Below are positions 1 to 13,249 of a stretch of DNA of 35,164 bases, piece after piece. The DNA comes from Parasitella parasitica NRRL 2501 (taxonomy: Eukaryota > Fungi > Mucoromycota): contig MU619324.1 in NCBI GenBank assembly GCA_025201805.1, forward strand, positions 3,460-38,623. The letters run 5' to 3'. The notes under the pieces were generated by a model, which worked only from the letters and a program-made list of their open reading frames with translations, made no database searches and was not told the origin of the DNA. A program made the translations under genes and the position numbers. The stretch's first letter is position 1; every line of letters starts with the position of its first letter.

Positions 1-147
1 AAAAAAAAGAGGTGAATGTGCATACAATGCGTAGACAAAGGTTAAGATTTTCAAGTCGTGGTACTCGAGTACAGAGTGTTATCGGTTAGTAAATATTAAA
101 GTGTGTATTAAATATGGTTGTAAATAAGATATAAGAAATAAAGTAGA

Positions 148-1252
148 TTATGCAGAAGCTTTCATAGCTTCCATCATTTTAGCCAAAGTTTCTGGGTCAT
201 ATTCGTTTGTGATGCCAATTGCAAGTGCGGTACAGATTCCACAGAATAAAAAGGTGAATATCATAATATGGGTAAAAACCTCCTATATAGCGGCTATGTT
301 TAGTATACGCACTTCAAAAAACAAATGGTTATATACATACATAATTATATCTCTTAACGCGGGGATCAAGAATACGTTTCCAATTCTTTCTCTCTACTTG
401 ATCCTCTACTTCTACTTGTCTTGAGCGACGAAGAAACTTGTTTTTTGATACTTGGCCACGTTTAAACTTTCTATACTCTGTCAATTCATACAAAGGAATC
501 ATTCTATTACCCAATAGGGCACGTGTCGGGCAAAGACCAGACCTTCCTGATGCAAAAAGCAGAGCAGATAAAAACGAAATCACGATAATGGGCCATCTGA
601 ATATACGAGGTGCATGCAGACTGTAAGTCATGTATAAAAGTAAGGGTGATTGGAATGCCAAAAATATGCTGATCGCATAAAAGAAAATGACTGCGCTATA
701 GCGAACATTTTGCAGAGCATGGTGTAAAAAGTGGCGAAGACTAACTCTGTTGAGATAGTCGTAAATATAGTCATGCACGTCCAAAAACACGTCAGGATGT
801 GTAGTGTAGCAAGCATTGTAAAGCACATATCTGGATCGCCATGGTTCGATATTCAATTCCTTAAAGGAGTTTGGGTAGAAGAAGGTTTGCAAGGCAGAGT
901 CTAGCTCGGTACGTAGAGGCTGACCTGGGGTTGTCTTGTAGAGCACATCATTCACAGGAGAAAATAGTGTAAGATCTTTAACTTCTTCAGTCTGGAGCAT
1001 GAGTTCTTCCAATGGTAAATTAGCCGAACCAGCCGACGCCGTTTCTTTTGGTGGTGGTGATTTAGCCTTTTCATGTTCTGGCAGCGCATCAAACTTCTTT
1101 CTATACTCCATGAGCCACAGATGGAATTCAAGATTCTGGACAGTGTGTTCTTTGTTTAACAGAAACAGCCTAAAGTCTTCCAAGCCGATTGGCTGCTGCG
1201 TCTGTCCACTAATTACTTGCTCTAATGTCGACACACTGTCAGTCTTTTGCAT
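148..1252 (-). CDS. RGS-domain membrane protein, Rax1-like (2 exons: 1252-341, 282-148)
   Basis: N-terminal RGS-like motifs (LEQVISG..QPIGLEDFRLFL...EHTVQNLEFHLW; FFYPNSFKELNI; TTHPDVF) followed by hydrophobic segments. GT-AG intron 340-283 extends the frame to a third TM segment (EVFTHIMIFTFLFCGICTALAIGI) and TAA at 150-148. Confidence 0.8.
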
Positions 1253-3631
1253 CGCTGGAAATCAGATGTAGAATACCTACGAATGTGTACCTCTTTGAGA
1301 TCACCTTTTTCTGATCTAAACCAGCGCCTCAAGCTTCTGGGAAAGGTTTTGATGTATCCAAACATTTAGAATAGCAATGATTACAGCAAGACCTAAATCA
1401 AAGGAGGAAATAACAGTTGTATTTATATTTTTTTTTTCTTCCTAAAACGATGCATCCCTGTCTTGTTGTCTTTTTTTTTCGAAAACAAAATATATTAAAC
1501 ATCCCTAATTCATGTATGATATACTACAAAATCACTCATGTAGGAGTGGCAATAATAGGAGAGGTTATAAGTCTACTTCAAAAAGTCCACCCTGAATCTT
1601 ATGTCGTACATCCCGATTCGACTTAATTTTATCGCTATATTTATTCTTGTCCCTGTAAAAGGTCGATCATCATCATCTATGTATTATGCGAGAATCTCCT
1701 CAATCGTGTACACTGAAATGTCATTTTAACATTTTTGTCTTTTTTTTTTTTTTTTTTTTTTTTTTAGGGAGCAACTACAGTGCAGATTTGTCTGTAAATC
1801 ACGAAATAATATAAAATAAAAAATTCACAATGCCCAGGGAATTGTCACCAAAGTTTTCAGGATTGATAAGAAGAAAAAAGATAGGGTTTTGCCTTTGAGT
1901 GCTCGTACTAAAGTTAAGTTTAAATGTATGCAGTATGAAATTTGGCGGCAAGATTGAATTTCCACCGCAGGCAACAGGTAAATGTAGATCATCAAAATCC
2001 CAAAAAGTTACTTACTGGTGCTATCCTAATAACAAAGCTTCCTGGAGATTCAAATGTAAAAACCAACGGTACAAGTGTATAGTTGATAAACTGAGACCAT
2101 TGTTTGAAATTTTGCCCTTCTTTTTCTTTGTATAATGTAACTTTTTTGTAACTCATAATTATAAGATGATGGTGCCAAGACAAAAGAGTGCCATGGGCAG
2201 ACAAATAAAAAGGTTGATGCTACCTGTGTTGACTATGAGGTTGATTCTGTGGTGCTTTGATTCATATCAGAAAAGCATATCGTCTGAGGTAACAAGCTTT
2301 ACGTGTCAAGATATGCAAATATTTATCTATATTACTTACAAAACAGCAGCGGAAATTACAACAGGAGCAAAGAGAGAACGCCGCATCTGTTGTGCTTGCA
2401 AGGAGCGATGACAGAATTGGCATTAGAGACGCAATGAGACAATGGCAGACGAACTCATACTTTATGGCGATTCGGAATCATATATGTGCCGGTAATGGAT
2501 GATTGAAAACCGTTTTGTTGAGAGGAAATCTCTTCAATAAGGGTTCTGTAAACGATGCAGGTTTCAAAGTGGATTTTTTTTCTGCCATCTTTTGTTGAAT
2601 CAATTCGATTACCACTGGTGAAAGTTCTTGGCAAGCTACAATTAAATAGTAAATCATTTATATAGGCGAGTTGAATCCGATGTCCAGTTCAGTTGTGATG
2701 TGGATTATGATCCATTTAAACATATGGGAGAAAATGGCTTAAACTATGGTATATGCGGACATGTATAAACGCCTACATCTATACATGTACATTGAATGTA
2801 GTACATTGTAGGTTTCACTATATCTATTCGCGAGTACAAGTTGACTATATCTACTTTCTGGGGAACTAGTAAATGGCTATAAGGCAGCATCCAGATGATA
2901 TTGTTCCTTTCAATAGCTCGAACAGTTTCATTGATTGGCTTTCTGATGACCATGGTGAAACCCACAAGTGCTACTTTTGGAGTAATTTTGAAATTGGTTC
3001 ATGAAATTGGCTTCGATCAAAAGAAGAATATCTAGCATTCTTCAGCCACCTTGATAAGGCAGGTGAGGGGGGGAGTATGAAAGATGAGGAGATGCTCCTG
3101 TACATAGTATAGCCGCCGCCTTGTTTTTAAAGCAATCTGAAGTGCATTTCTTTTATGATATGGGCTATTATCATGGTCCTATTCTGTAGTGCCCATTAGA
3201 TTCATTATGCCTTCCTAAAGAAAAGCGCAACTATGACCCTGAAGATAGCATGGATGATGAGAGAGACTTTTCTTGCACTGCTAATTTCTTGGATTTGGTT
3301 GGTAAACGAAAGACAGATTATCTAGTAATAGAAAGAGCCCCAAGAAGAGGCAGAGCTTACTGAGATGAATAATTAGCTATTGCGGTTTTAAAAGGCTTAA
3401 CCCCTTCTATAGGCTTTGTATTGAAGATCACTTTGGGAAGAGAGACACAAATTACCAGCGTATAATTTATAGAAATTTGTCAAGTCCAGAGGGTACGATA
3501 AGTTGCCTACCAGGCCATTGCTTCTTTTCGTGACTGAAAAAAAAAAGCTGTTCTTGATGAAGTTCCAGAGAAACCATTAGACGTGTCTTTCTTTATTGTA
3601 CTAGTTGTTGTTATCGTATATACACTTGCCT

Positions 3632-5913
3632 ATGCAGTCAGCTCCTTTATCACAGACTCCAGCAGATACTTTTGCGGTAAAAAGAAATGGGAAGCTTTAT
3701 AATACTTACACAGAAGCCTATCTTGCTGTCTCTAGCAAAATGAATGGACGTTACTACAAGTCTCTCGTTCTATTTTCAATTGCCTTTGCTATACTTTTCC
3801 AGTCAAGGTTTACCATCAGTCCTTGTAAGTAGGGTTTGGTGTACAAAAAATTATTTGCACCAACACATTTCACTAGGGGTGGCCCTCGATCTTTTCTCTT
3901 GGAATACATTTCTCTTCTCTTTGGTCGTCTTTTCTACAGGTCTCGTCATCTTTTTCATTCGCAACATGACATTTACAGGTAGGCTATTATACTAGAACCA
4001 ATGGGCTCGCTCGATCTCACCGTTTAATATAGTGTTTGAGCCAACATACCCAAGCATTTTTGCGGAAATCATTGCAAATTGGACTTCTTTGGACAATTTG
4101 CTCTTTCTCATTATACACTCTGTTCTCAATATCTTTATCATCCGGTTTTACTTTTCCTGGATTGCTAGCGAAAAGTACACTCAAGATCTTCTCTTGCAAC
4201 CACCAGGGTAAGATGACATGCCTGTAAATCATGTTTATGTACTAAAAGACGTATAGACACTATTCTGGTGCACGCCAGTTGAATCAAGAAAACATATTCA
4301 TTACCTTTTACTCTGTCCTTTTGGCCTTTGGTTACACAATTCGCTACATTGCTAATAGATCAAATGTTGTCAAAATCAATAATGTTCAGGTAAATACTGT
4401 CAGTTATGTGCAGTGTAGCTTGCATTACTAATGCTCGTGTGTAGCAACCCTATTTCTACGACATCAAAACAAGTGTTGCCACGTTATTTTGTAAGTCTGC
4501 TACGATGGCCATCACCTACTTCATGGTTGCATGGACGTTGTTTGGTGTTTTTAGAAAAACTATCTACTATTGGGTAGCCCGTGTTGTTGGGTTACATTAC
4601 AGGTATTAAAGGGATCAAGTTTGCAGTTGATACTTGTGTTGACATTGATGTTAGGGTGTTGGATACGCCTATTGTTGGATTCAGTTGGTTTGGCGTACAT
4701 CTTTTCTTGCGTTTGATCGTTGCTGGAACTGCTACCATGTGCACATATAACATTGCTAATCGTATTTACGACACTGTTTACTCTTCCGTAAGTATAAACA
4801 ACCAGTATCAATTGAATAGATTGTTCACGTCGTCGCTATCTTAGATCTTTTTTGTCAGCGATCAATGTACCAACAAGTTTGATGGCCTTGTGGAAGGTCT
4901 TTCTGAAACCAAGATCAATGTTAAAGTGGCCGCATTTTCTGAGCTTGCTGCTCTTACCACCAAGAACCCCGAAAAGCGCAAAGAGTTATTTTGCACTGTG
5001 AGCAAGGAAACGCAGGGCAACGCATGGCATAAAATTATCGAGCAGTGCTTCAAAGTCATTAATGAATTGAGGACAGCAATCGATATTGAATACAACGGTG
5101 TCCAACCAGGTAAACACGTGTATGAACATAAGAAAAATACATGGCTAAAAGAACATGCATTATATCATTAGTCGCAGTTCCTGCTCCTGTCAGCAAACCT
5201 GCTGAACCACAGCAAGTGCGCAATCGTCTTGAATTCTCCAACCAAAATATCTATGCCACACACACGAATCGTATTGCTATGATGGATGACAGAACCAGCA
5301 CTGTTTTTCAAGATTTTGCCGATCAAATCGAATCTGCACCTTCTGTTGTCCCCGATATTTTAACAATGACCAGCAAGGTCTTGGTAAATGTTCAAAAGAG
5401 CCAAATGATTGAAATGTTGAAGCGCTTGGAATTGAAAGTAGGCCATTCAGGTTACTTTAGCTCATCGTATACTGACAGCGTTGATCGTCGTGTGCAAACT
5501 GTATTCAACAAGTACCAATTGGTTGTTTGGGCTGTTCAATCTCTCGGTTCCTTGAGTGCCGCTTCGTTAAAGGAAGATACCTACGGTTATGTTCAGAATG
5601 ACCTTGCTAATGTTCTGAATCAACTATTGGGATGTTTGGTAGACGTCGAAAATTATCTTGAGACACCGCCAGCCCAATACAGCAACCTGCTGAAAAGTCA
5701 AAATGTTGTTATTCAAGAAACCGAAGCTGTTGTACTAGGTATTTCTTTGTGGAAAAGCGAAACCAAAACATGGGATTAACAAGCTTTTTCATTGTAGCAT
5801 TACGTGAAGCAATTTACCAGATTAGACTATCCTTTAATGACTTTCTCAGTGAATTCCGAATCGATGGAAGGTGTGCTAAAAAGTGGGAGAGATTCTTGGC
5901 TAATCAAGAGTAG
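3632..5913 (+). CDS. NDC1: Transmembrane nucleoporin Ndc1/Cut11 (multi-exon)
   Basis: Multi-TM N-half. C-half motifs AAFSELAAL...PEKRKELF, AWHKIIEQC, VWAVQSLGSLSAASLKEDTYGYVQNDL and ALREAIYQIRLSF are typical of Ndc1. Seven GT-AG introns are readable; TAG at 5911-5913. Confidence 0.88.
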
Positions 5914-6302
5914 ATCTTTAAATTGTCTACTCTCTGTCTGGATGCACAAAAAAAAAAAACATTGTAAATAAAATCGTAATTATCAGACCAACGCATACTG
6001 ACGGTGGAGCGCATACAAAGTATTTAATTGTACGAGGACAACCTTTCCGATCATACCATTTCATTTTATATGGCAATTTTATTTGTACTGCAAAAACAAA
6101 GATTTGATGATTGTTTAATTTTCTAAAGGTATAATTAATACTCGATAAACACATAGTAGACGCCTGGCTATCAATTACAGTTTCAAGCATTGAGAATCAT
6201 TTTTTGATGGATAAACCTTTCAACCATTCAAGCATGGCTTTAAAAAGTCTTGTTAACCATCAATATATACGTTGGCTCGGTTGATTGCACATAAAGAACA
6301 AA

Positions 6303-7118
6303 CTATCCACAAAAAGAGTCTATCTCTCCATCTGAGCCCTACATGCGATGAAAAAATGTCAGTCTTCATTTGCCATGTCAACAAATCAAACTGCATATGT
6401 ACGCACCTCTTCATCAGGTCTATCTCAAACAAAATGTATTCAGCAAAAAAGTAGATGACAAATAATCTTTCTACGCTTACATGTCTCCTAACACTGTTTG
6501 CAGTTCTTTCACACGTTGCGTCAGATCATTCTTGTCCTGCACCAGATCTTTTATATAATCCACAGCTATTGTATGTCCCCCCACCCCCCAAAAAATAAAT
6601 AAATAAAAAAAAAATTAAGTCTTTTAACAGCATTTACATGCATCAAACATACACTTTTGCAGAATCAGTGCTTCGCTTCGATGACAATTGTCGAGTGTAG
6701 GCACCATATCCACCAACTGGTCAAAGCCAATTCGAATGTTTGCTCGCCTCTTTTGTTCCGAAGCAATGTGATTTGCCTTTTTTTGATCTTCAGACAGTAG
6801 TTCATGCGCTGGTTTTCTCACTCGGCCGGCTTTGGATCGTCCTGCTGTTGCATGGAATGACGACGATGTGTGCGATGCTTCGGCTGACGGAGAAGGTGCC
6901 TTTTTCTGATACGGTGCCATTCTTTTCTTGTCTGCTCGCTTTTGCTTGGGCTTATTACCTGCAGTATCGGATGGTTCATCTAGGTGCATCTGTGGCATAT
7001 ATGTATACACTATAAGCATGGCGTTACCTTTTGGGTTTGCATCAACTGAATCGAGATTATCTAGAAAGGACTGCAGTTGATTCTGCTCTTGCTCTGTAAA
7101 TATGTCCTCTAAATCCAT
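6303..7118 (-). CDS. bHLH(-zipper) transcription factor, Ino4/Mlx-like (4 exons including a 13-nt micro-exon)
   Basis: LLSEDQKKANHIASEQKRRANIRIGFDQLVDMVPTL...SEALILQK. After an intron it continues SVDYIKDLVQDKNDLTQRVKELQTVLGD. Further GT-AG introns give ...IPDEEGSDGEIDSFCG* (TAG 6305-6303). The last two exons are less certain. Confidence 0.85.
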
Positions 7119-7625
7119 TGTTGTTAGTGAGTAAGAGAGAGAGGGAGCTCTCTGGGATGGATCGGTTTACCTTGTTTTGGGCCTGACATAACAAGACTAT
7201 ACTGATTCTTGCAGAGAAAAAAGAAAAGGAAAAGCAAACATGTGACAATGGAATTTTGTTTTATAATGAATAGAAAGAAGCCCACATGTCTGCAAGTCTT
7301 TGCTATATGCCCAATGGTTATACGGTAATATACACCATACAATGGCCGCAGTTGCAGATTTTCATGTCAAGAAAAGCAGACGCTTCTGCCACGCCAAGCT
7401 GTAGCTGGTAGCTCATTGACACAGGAAAACTGGGCGCTCGCAGACGTAATGATTGGATCCCTGGAGCTCTTATTTTATCGTTTCAGTATATGGCCCTTCA
7501 TTTGAACCTTTTATTCGTGACTGACATGGATTACCAATACATTATACAATGCGACAATTTTTTCATACAAAAGGCGTACCTATCTTTATTCTCTTGTTTT
7601 TCTTTTAACCTCATTAAAACATATC

Positions 7626-10600
7626 ATGGAGCACGATATTCTCGACTTTCAGAAAGAGCTTGATGTTAATTCGTTGGACAAAGTTGTAGAAACCATGTTT
7701 CTAGGATCGGGAAACAATGTAGGTGACATATCACTGTAAATCACATCCAAACTCACATTGGTTATTACAGCAAGTATTGGCTGCGCAAGTCTTGGCTGAA
7801 TTCCAAGCCCACGACGAAGCATGGACTCGAGTTGACAGCATTCTAGAGAAATCCAAGTCGTCTCAAACCAAGGTAATGATGTGAACCTATACAGTGATTA
7901 AAATTAACGCGATTTCCCAAAAGTTCATCGCGTTGCAAATTATGGAGAAATTCGTTCAAACTAGATGGAATACACTGCAAGCTGACAGCAGAAATGGTAA
8001 ATTTTGAGCCTATTTTTTTTTTTTTTTTTTATTGCAATAGTTAGTAATGACATGCAATAGCCATCCGTTATTTCATTGTTAATGTCATTGTCAAGGAATC
8101 ATCTGATGAAACCAAGTTGATCAGGGAGCGTGCCTATCTCAACAAACTCAACAAGGTTCTTGTGGAAATCCTCAAGCAAGAATGGCTTCAACACTGGCCG
8201 GAATTCATTCCTGAGATCATCGCTTCTAGCAGAACAAATCTTTCCCTCTGCGAAAACAATATGGCCATTTTCAAATTGTTAAGGTACACGCTGCAGCATC
8301 ATAATAATTGTCTTCCCAATTAACCTTTAGTGTTGTAGTGAAGAGATTTTCGATTTCTCTGCTGAGCAAATGACTCAGTCAAAGACAGCTAATCTAAAAT
8401 CGCAAATGAAAAGGGCATTTGAAGAAATTTACAGTCTTTGCAGAGAAGTTCTCAGTAGCTTAGAAAAGCCAAGTCTAATCAAAGCAACTCTTGAAACTCT
8501 CTTGAGATTTGTCAACTGGGTACCTGTTGACTACATTTTTGATACAGATTTAATTGAACTCCTTCATGGCAAGGTAGATTGTGCATGACATACAGTCAAC
8601 TTTATTTTGCAATTAACACGTTTACAGTTCTTCAATGTGCCTCTCTACAGAAACGTCACTCTTAAATGCTTCACCGAAATTAGTAGCATCGAAATCAGTG
8701 AGCGTCATTATAAAAAAATCATCAGTCTATTCAGAGACGTAATGAGTACTACAATCAATGTCGTTCCTCCCACCACGGACATCGCTAATGTCTATAAAAC
8801 AAGCGGTGGCGACGATCAAGAATTTGTCCAAAACTTGGCTCTGTTCCTCACAAGTTATCTGTCCCAGCACTTGGAGATTGCCGAACGTTTTCCCAACATG
8901 CAGGAGTCTTTGATCAATGCTCATTTTTATCTCATCAAAATTTCGTGCGTTGAAGACCGTGAGATTTTCAAGATATGTCTGGAATATTGGGCCAAGCTGG
9001 TACAAGGGCTGTTTGAAGAAGCTGCAAGAGCAGGTGCAGGTAGTGGCCAGCTATTAGATCTGAATAGCATGGGCGGCTACAATCGCACTACACGAAAGGA
9101 CATGTATCTTGCCGTCTTGGCTAATTTGCGTGTGGTCATGATTGAATGTATGGTGAAGCCTGAAGAAGTAAGTACCATACTCTATTGTTTAGCAACGTCT
9201 GACTCACCATTCGCATCAGGTTCTTGTCGTTGAGAATGATGAGGGTGAAATTGTCAGGGAGTTTGTAAAGGAGAGCGATACCATCGTTTTATACAAAAGC
9301 ATGAAGGAAGTTCTTGTTTATTTAACCAACCTCGACGTCTCAAACACTGAAGATATCATGACCAGCAAACTAAGCAAGCAAATGGATGGTTCTGAATGGT
9401 CTTGGAACAATCTCAACAAGCTGTGCTGGGCCATTGGATCTATTTCTGGTGCTATGAATGAAGAGACCGAAAAGAGATTTTTAGTTACTGTCATCAAGGA
9501 TTTATTAACTTTGTGTGAACAGAAGCGCGGCAAAGACAACAAGGCAGTTGTTGCTTCCAATATCATGTACTGCGTAGGCCAATATCCTCGTTTCTTGAAA
9601 GCTCACTGGAAGTTCCTCAAGACTGTGGTCAACAAGTTGTTTGAATTCATGCATGAATCCCATGAAGGTGTCCAAGACATGGCATGTGACACCTTTATCA
9701 AGATTGCGCAACAATGTAAACGCCATTTTGTTGCTCAACAACAAGGCGAACTCAAGCCTTTCATCGAAGAGATCCTTGAAAATGTCAATCACATTACTTC
9801 GGATCTCGCTCCCCAACAAATCCATACTTTCTATGAGGCGCTCGGTTATATGGTTGCTGCTCAAACCGGCGAAGAATCTCAAAAGAACTTAATGGCCAAA
9901 TTCATGGAGGTTCCCAACAAAGCGGTAAGTATGCTTTTCGTATTGCACAATTTATTTACTAACGCCGTTGTTCCGTTCCGTAAAGTGGGAAAACATGATA
10001 AACCTAGCCAAGCAAAACGCAGAGTGCTTAAATAATCCTACCGAGATCAAAGTTTTATGTAATGTGCTCAAGACTAACGTGGCTGCCTGCTCCTCTGTTG
10101 GATCTGCTTTCATTCTCCAGTTGAACAATATTTACATGGACTTATTGGCTCTTTATGGTATCATTGGTACACTGGTATCTCAAGAAGTTGCAAGCCAAGG
10201 CCCCGTTGCCGCCAAAACTCCCAAAGTACGTGGTTGGAGAACCATTAAAAAAGAAATCTTGAAATTGATCAATACCTATGTCGAATGCGCTACTGATCTT
10301 ACCGTAGTGAATAGTATGGTTGATCCTTTCTTGGGATCTGTACTAGCAGATTACAAAACCAATGTTGATACAGCCAGAGATGCTGAAGTGCTGAATGTGA
10401 TTGCTACGATTGTCAACAAGCTTCAGGTAGGTTCTACTGACGCTGCGGAAACAGTATTCCTCATAACCCATCTAATTTAGACCATGATGACCCCTCGAAT
10501 CAGCATCATCTTTGAAGCTACTTTTGAGCCTACTCTAAACATGATTACCAAGGATTTCGCCGAATTTCCTGAACATAGAACCGGATTCTACTCTGTACTG

Positions 10601-11411
10601 AGAGCTGTCAATAGATACTGCTTCCCTGCTTTGTTAGAATTGGCACCCGGTCAATTCAAGTTCTTTATTGATAGCATTGTCTGGGGTTTCAAGCACACCA
10701 TGCGTGATATTGCTGATATTAGTCTCGAAATCTGTGGCGAATTAGTTGATAATATTAGCCGCACAGATGCCTCTATTGCTGGTGCCTTTTATCAGTCTTA
10801 CTATCTCAGTATTCTTCAAGACATCTTCTTTGTCCTCACGGATCGTGATCACAAGAGTGGTAAGTTTCTCGTTTTTCTTGTCCTCTTTAGCACTTTATGC
10901 CAACCAATTTTTTTTTAAAGGCTTCAAGGGCCAAACAGAAGTGTTGGCTCGTCTTTTCCAATTGGTCTCTAATAATATGATTCCTGTGCCCCTTTATGAC
11001 TCTTCGCAGGTTGCTGATCCCAACACTAGCAATGTCGAATTTCTACGCAATTATGTATCCACAATTTTACAGAATGCATTCCCTCATCTCCAGCCGTAAG
11101 TTTGTTTGTGTTTAATTTTCTTGGTTATACATGCAATTTTAATTTTAATTTTTTTATTTAGTGGTCAAATCAAGGTCTTTGTTGAAGCCATGTTTGAGTA
11201 CAATAATAATCCACTCAAGCTCAAACTGGAAGTTCGTGATTTCCTCATCCAATTAAAGGAATTTGCGGGTGAAAATGCCGAACTTTACTTGGAAGAAAAG
11301 GAATCCGAACTAGAAAAACAGAGGAAGGATGAGATGGCCAAGGCATTGTCTATCCCTGGTATGGTCAAACCCTCTGAATTACCTGTAATGGATGAAGATG
11401 AGATGCTTTAA
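7626..11411 (+). CDS. CRM1: Exportin-1 (CRM1/XPO1), 11 exons
   Basis: [10 protein letters not shown] start; [17 protein letters not shown]; [20 protein letters not shown]; [20 protein letters not shown]; NES groove [24 protein letters not shown] (Cys present at the leptomycin-B position); C-terminal [10 protein letters not shown]. Confidence 0.97.
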
Positions 11412-11620
11412 GGAAAAAAAAAAAAATAAAAATACACACGCACTCGCACATATACACACACAAACACATCCCATCGCAGTTAGGAAATATATAGTATATA
11501 TATTATTATAAAAAATGAATAAAGCTTTCTTTATACGAAATGGTATCTTGATCTGTCCTTTTGCAAAAATGACCGCTCCACATCGCTCTCCTCCTCTCCC
11601 TCCCCCCTCTAGCTTTCGTG

Positions 11621-11986
11621 TTACTCTTTTGGTAGTAATATAGCCGATGAATTATTTGGTACACTTCTGTTGTAATCATCTTCTGCATCTTCGTCATCAT
11701 CTTGATTGGCGTTTACGTCTTCATTGTCAGGTATACTCACTAAACTCGGTGGGATCAACTGGTAAGTTTGGGATAGTAAAAGAAATCGTGCATACAAATA
11801 AGTCTCGTTCTATTAGCAGAATGATTACGATCCCAGCTAAATAATGAAAACCACATTTAACGTATAAACTTACCTCGAAAGACTCGTAAATCTCTCTATG
11901 GTGAAAATAAGCGTGAGCAAAAATACGATAAAGACGTCTTGCAATGGATTGGAAATGCTTGAGAGAAGGTTCAGGCACTGATATTC

Positions 11987-12074
<88 letters not shown>

Positions 12075-12737
12075 TATAATGGCATTTTGCATTATTACCT
12101 CTCTTCTTTTACCTGCTTGGAAAGTATTTTGAGTTGTTCAGCAAGATAGTCGCACCATCAAGTGTGTGAATGATATAATCAATGGCAGGGCACTATCGTA
12201 TAACAAAGTGAGCATTTCATGTTAAGCTGTTCTAATTCATTACAAAGTCTTACAGACTGTGTTGATGGATGAGCTGCGCATAGATATAGCCACCCGTCTG
12301 CCTTCATTTCTGGACAGTTTTGCTTTGTGCACTCTGCTTCCAACGCAACTACCAATAAGCTAAGCTCCAAGCAAACCTGGCTGTACATTTGTAAAACACG
12401 AATAAGCAAAAATACGTGCTATTCATGGTTGTCATGACAATATCTTACCGCAAATGCTCATACTGCCACACTTCATCATCTACGTTCTCCGGTAGCTCAA
12501 TAATACGTTGAACATCACTACAGTCCAGTCGTATCAGTTGTTGCAGGTATTCTTGAACGTTAAAAGACGATTCCAATGAATCCAAGCTTTCGAATGGCCA
12601 CTGAAACGTATCCTATGGCAAAAGATGTAAATGACACGACCTTTTTTTGTGAGGTTTTTATTCACTACTTCTAGGCGTCTTCCAGGATAGAATCTTCTTA
12701 ATACGCTTGTATTTATAGGTACAGCTGTTTCAGTCAT
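11621..12737 (-). CDS. MOB4: MOB4/phocein (fungal Mob3) STRIPAK component, 6 exons
   Basis: Spliced translation includes FNVQEYLQQLIRLD, DEVWQYEHLR, QVCLELSLLVVAL..ECTKQNCPEMKADGWLYLCAAH, CPAIDYIIHTLDGATILLNNSKYFPSR and HFQSIARRLYRIFAHAYFHHREIYESFE. Acidic tail ends at TAA 11623-11621. Confidence 0.92.
11989..12072. repeat. Poly(T) homopolymer of about 84 nt inside a MOB4 intron
   Basis: Directly visible; it produces the spurious poly-K and poly-F ORFs. Confidence 0.95.
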
Positions 12738-13249
12738 TTGCGGTAAAAACGAAAGAAAAAGACGAAAAAACGAAATCATCTTTACTATAGGGACCAAACT
12801 CCTTTTTAGAAAACTTCTCTTGCGATTCGACAGGACCAAATCGCTCTCCCTCTTTGGCTTATCTACACACACACACGATACTATGCTGGGTAAAGAATAA
12901 TTTGACAATCATCACAAAATGCGAAACTCTTTACTATGCTACATACTGTCAAAAGACATACAACAAAAGCTTGGTTACTCTATTCGGTAAAATTACATTG
13001 TGTTTGCTGTTCCTCTCTAACAATCTGGTTTTCTAATTTTTTTAAAAGCGAAACAGCGGAATCACTGTTGCAATGCTGGAAAATAGCACCTTTGTTTATA
13101 AAGTTTGTAAAAGCTTATGGTAAAAAGGATACCAACGCAACAAGAAACAGGTTGAATATAGCAAGCTCCATCTGGAGTACAGCTGCAAGAGAGCCGCTGC
13201 AGCCGCAACGTCGTCCACTAAACCCCCGTAAGTCTGCCGTCTAACCGCC

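Noticed and set aside
3632-11411. NDC1 plus CRM1 as a nuclear-transport gene cluster
   Set aside because: Two housekeeping genes separated by an unrelated bHLH gene; no evidence beyond proximity.
11727-12132. Poly-Lys and poly-Phe ORFs
   Set aside because: Artefacts of translating the intronic homopolymer in MOB4.
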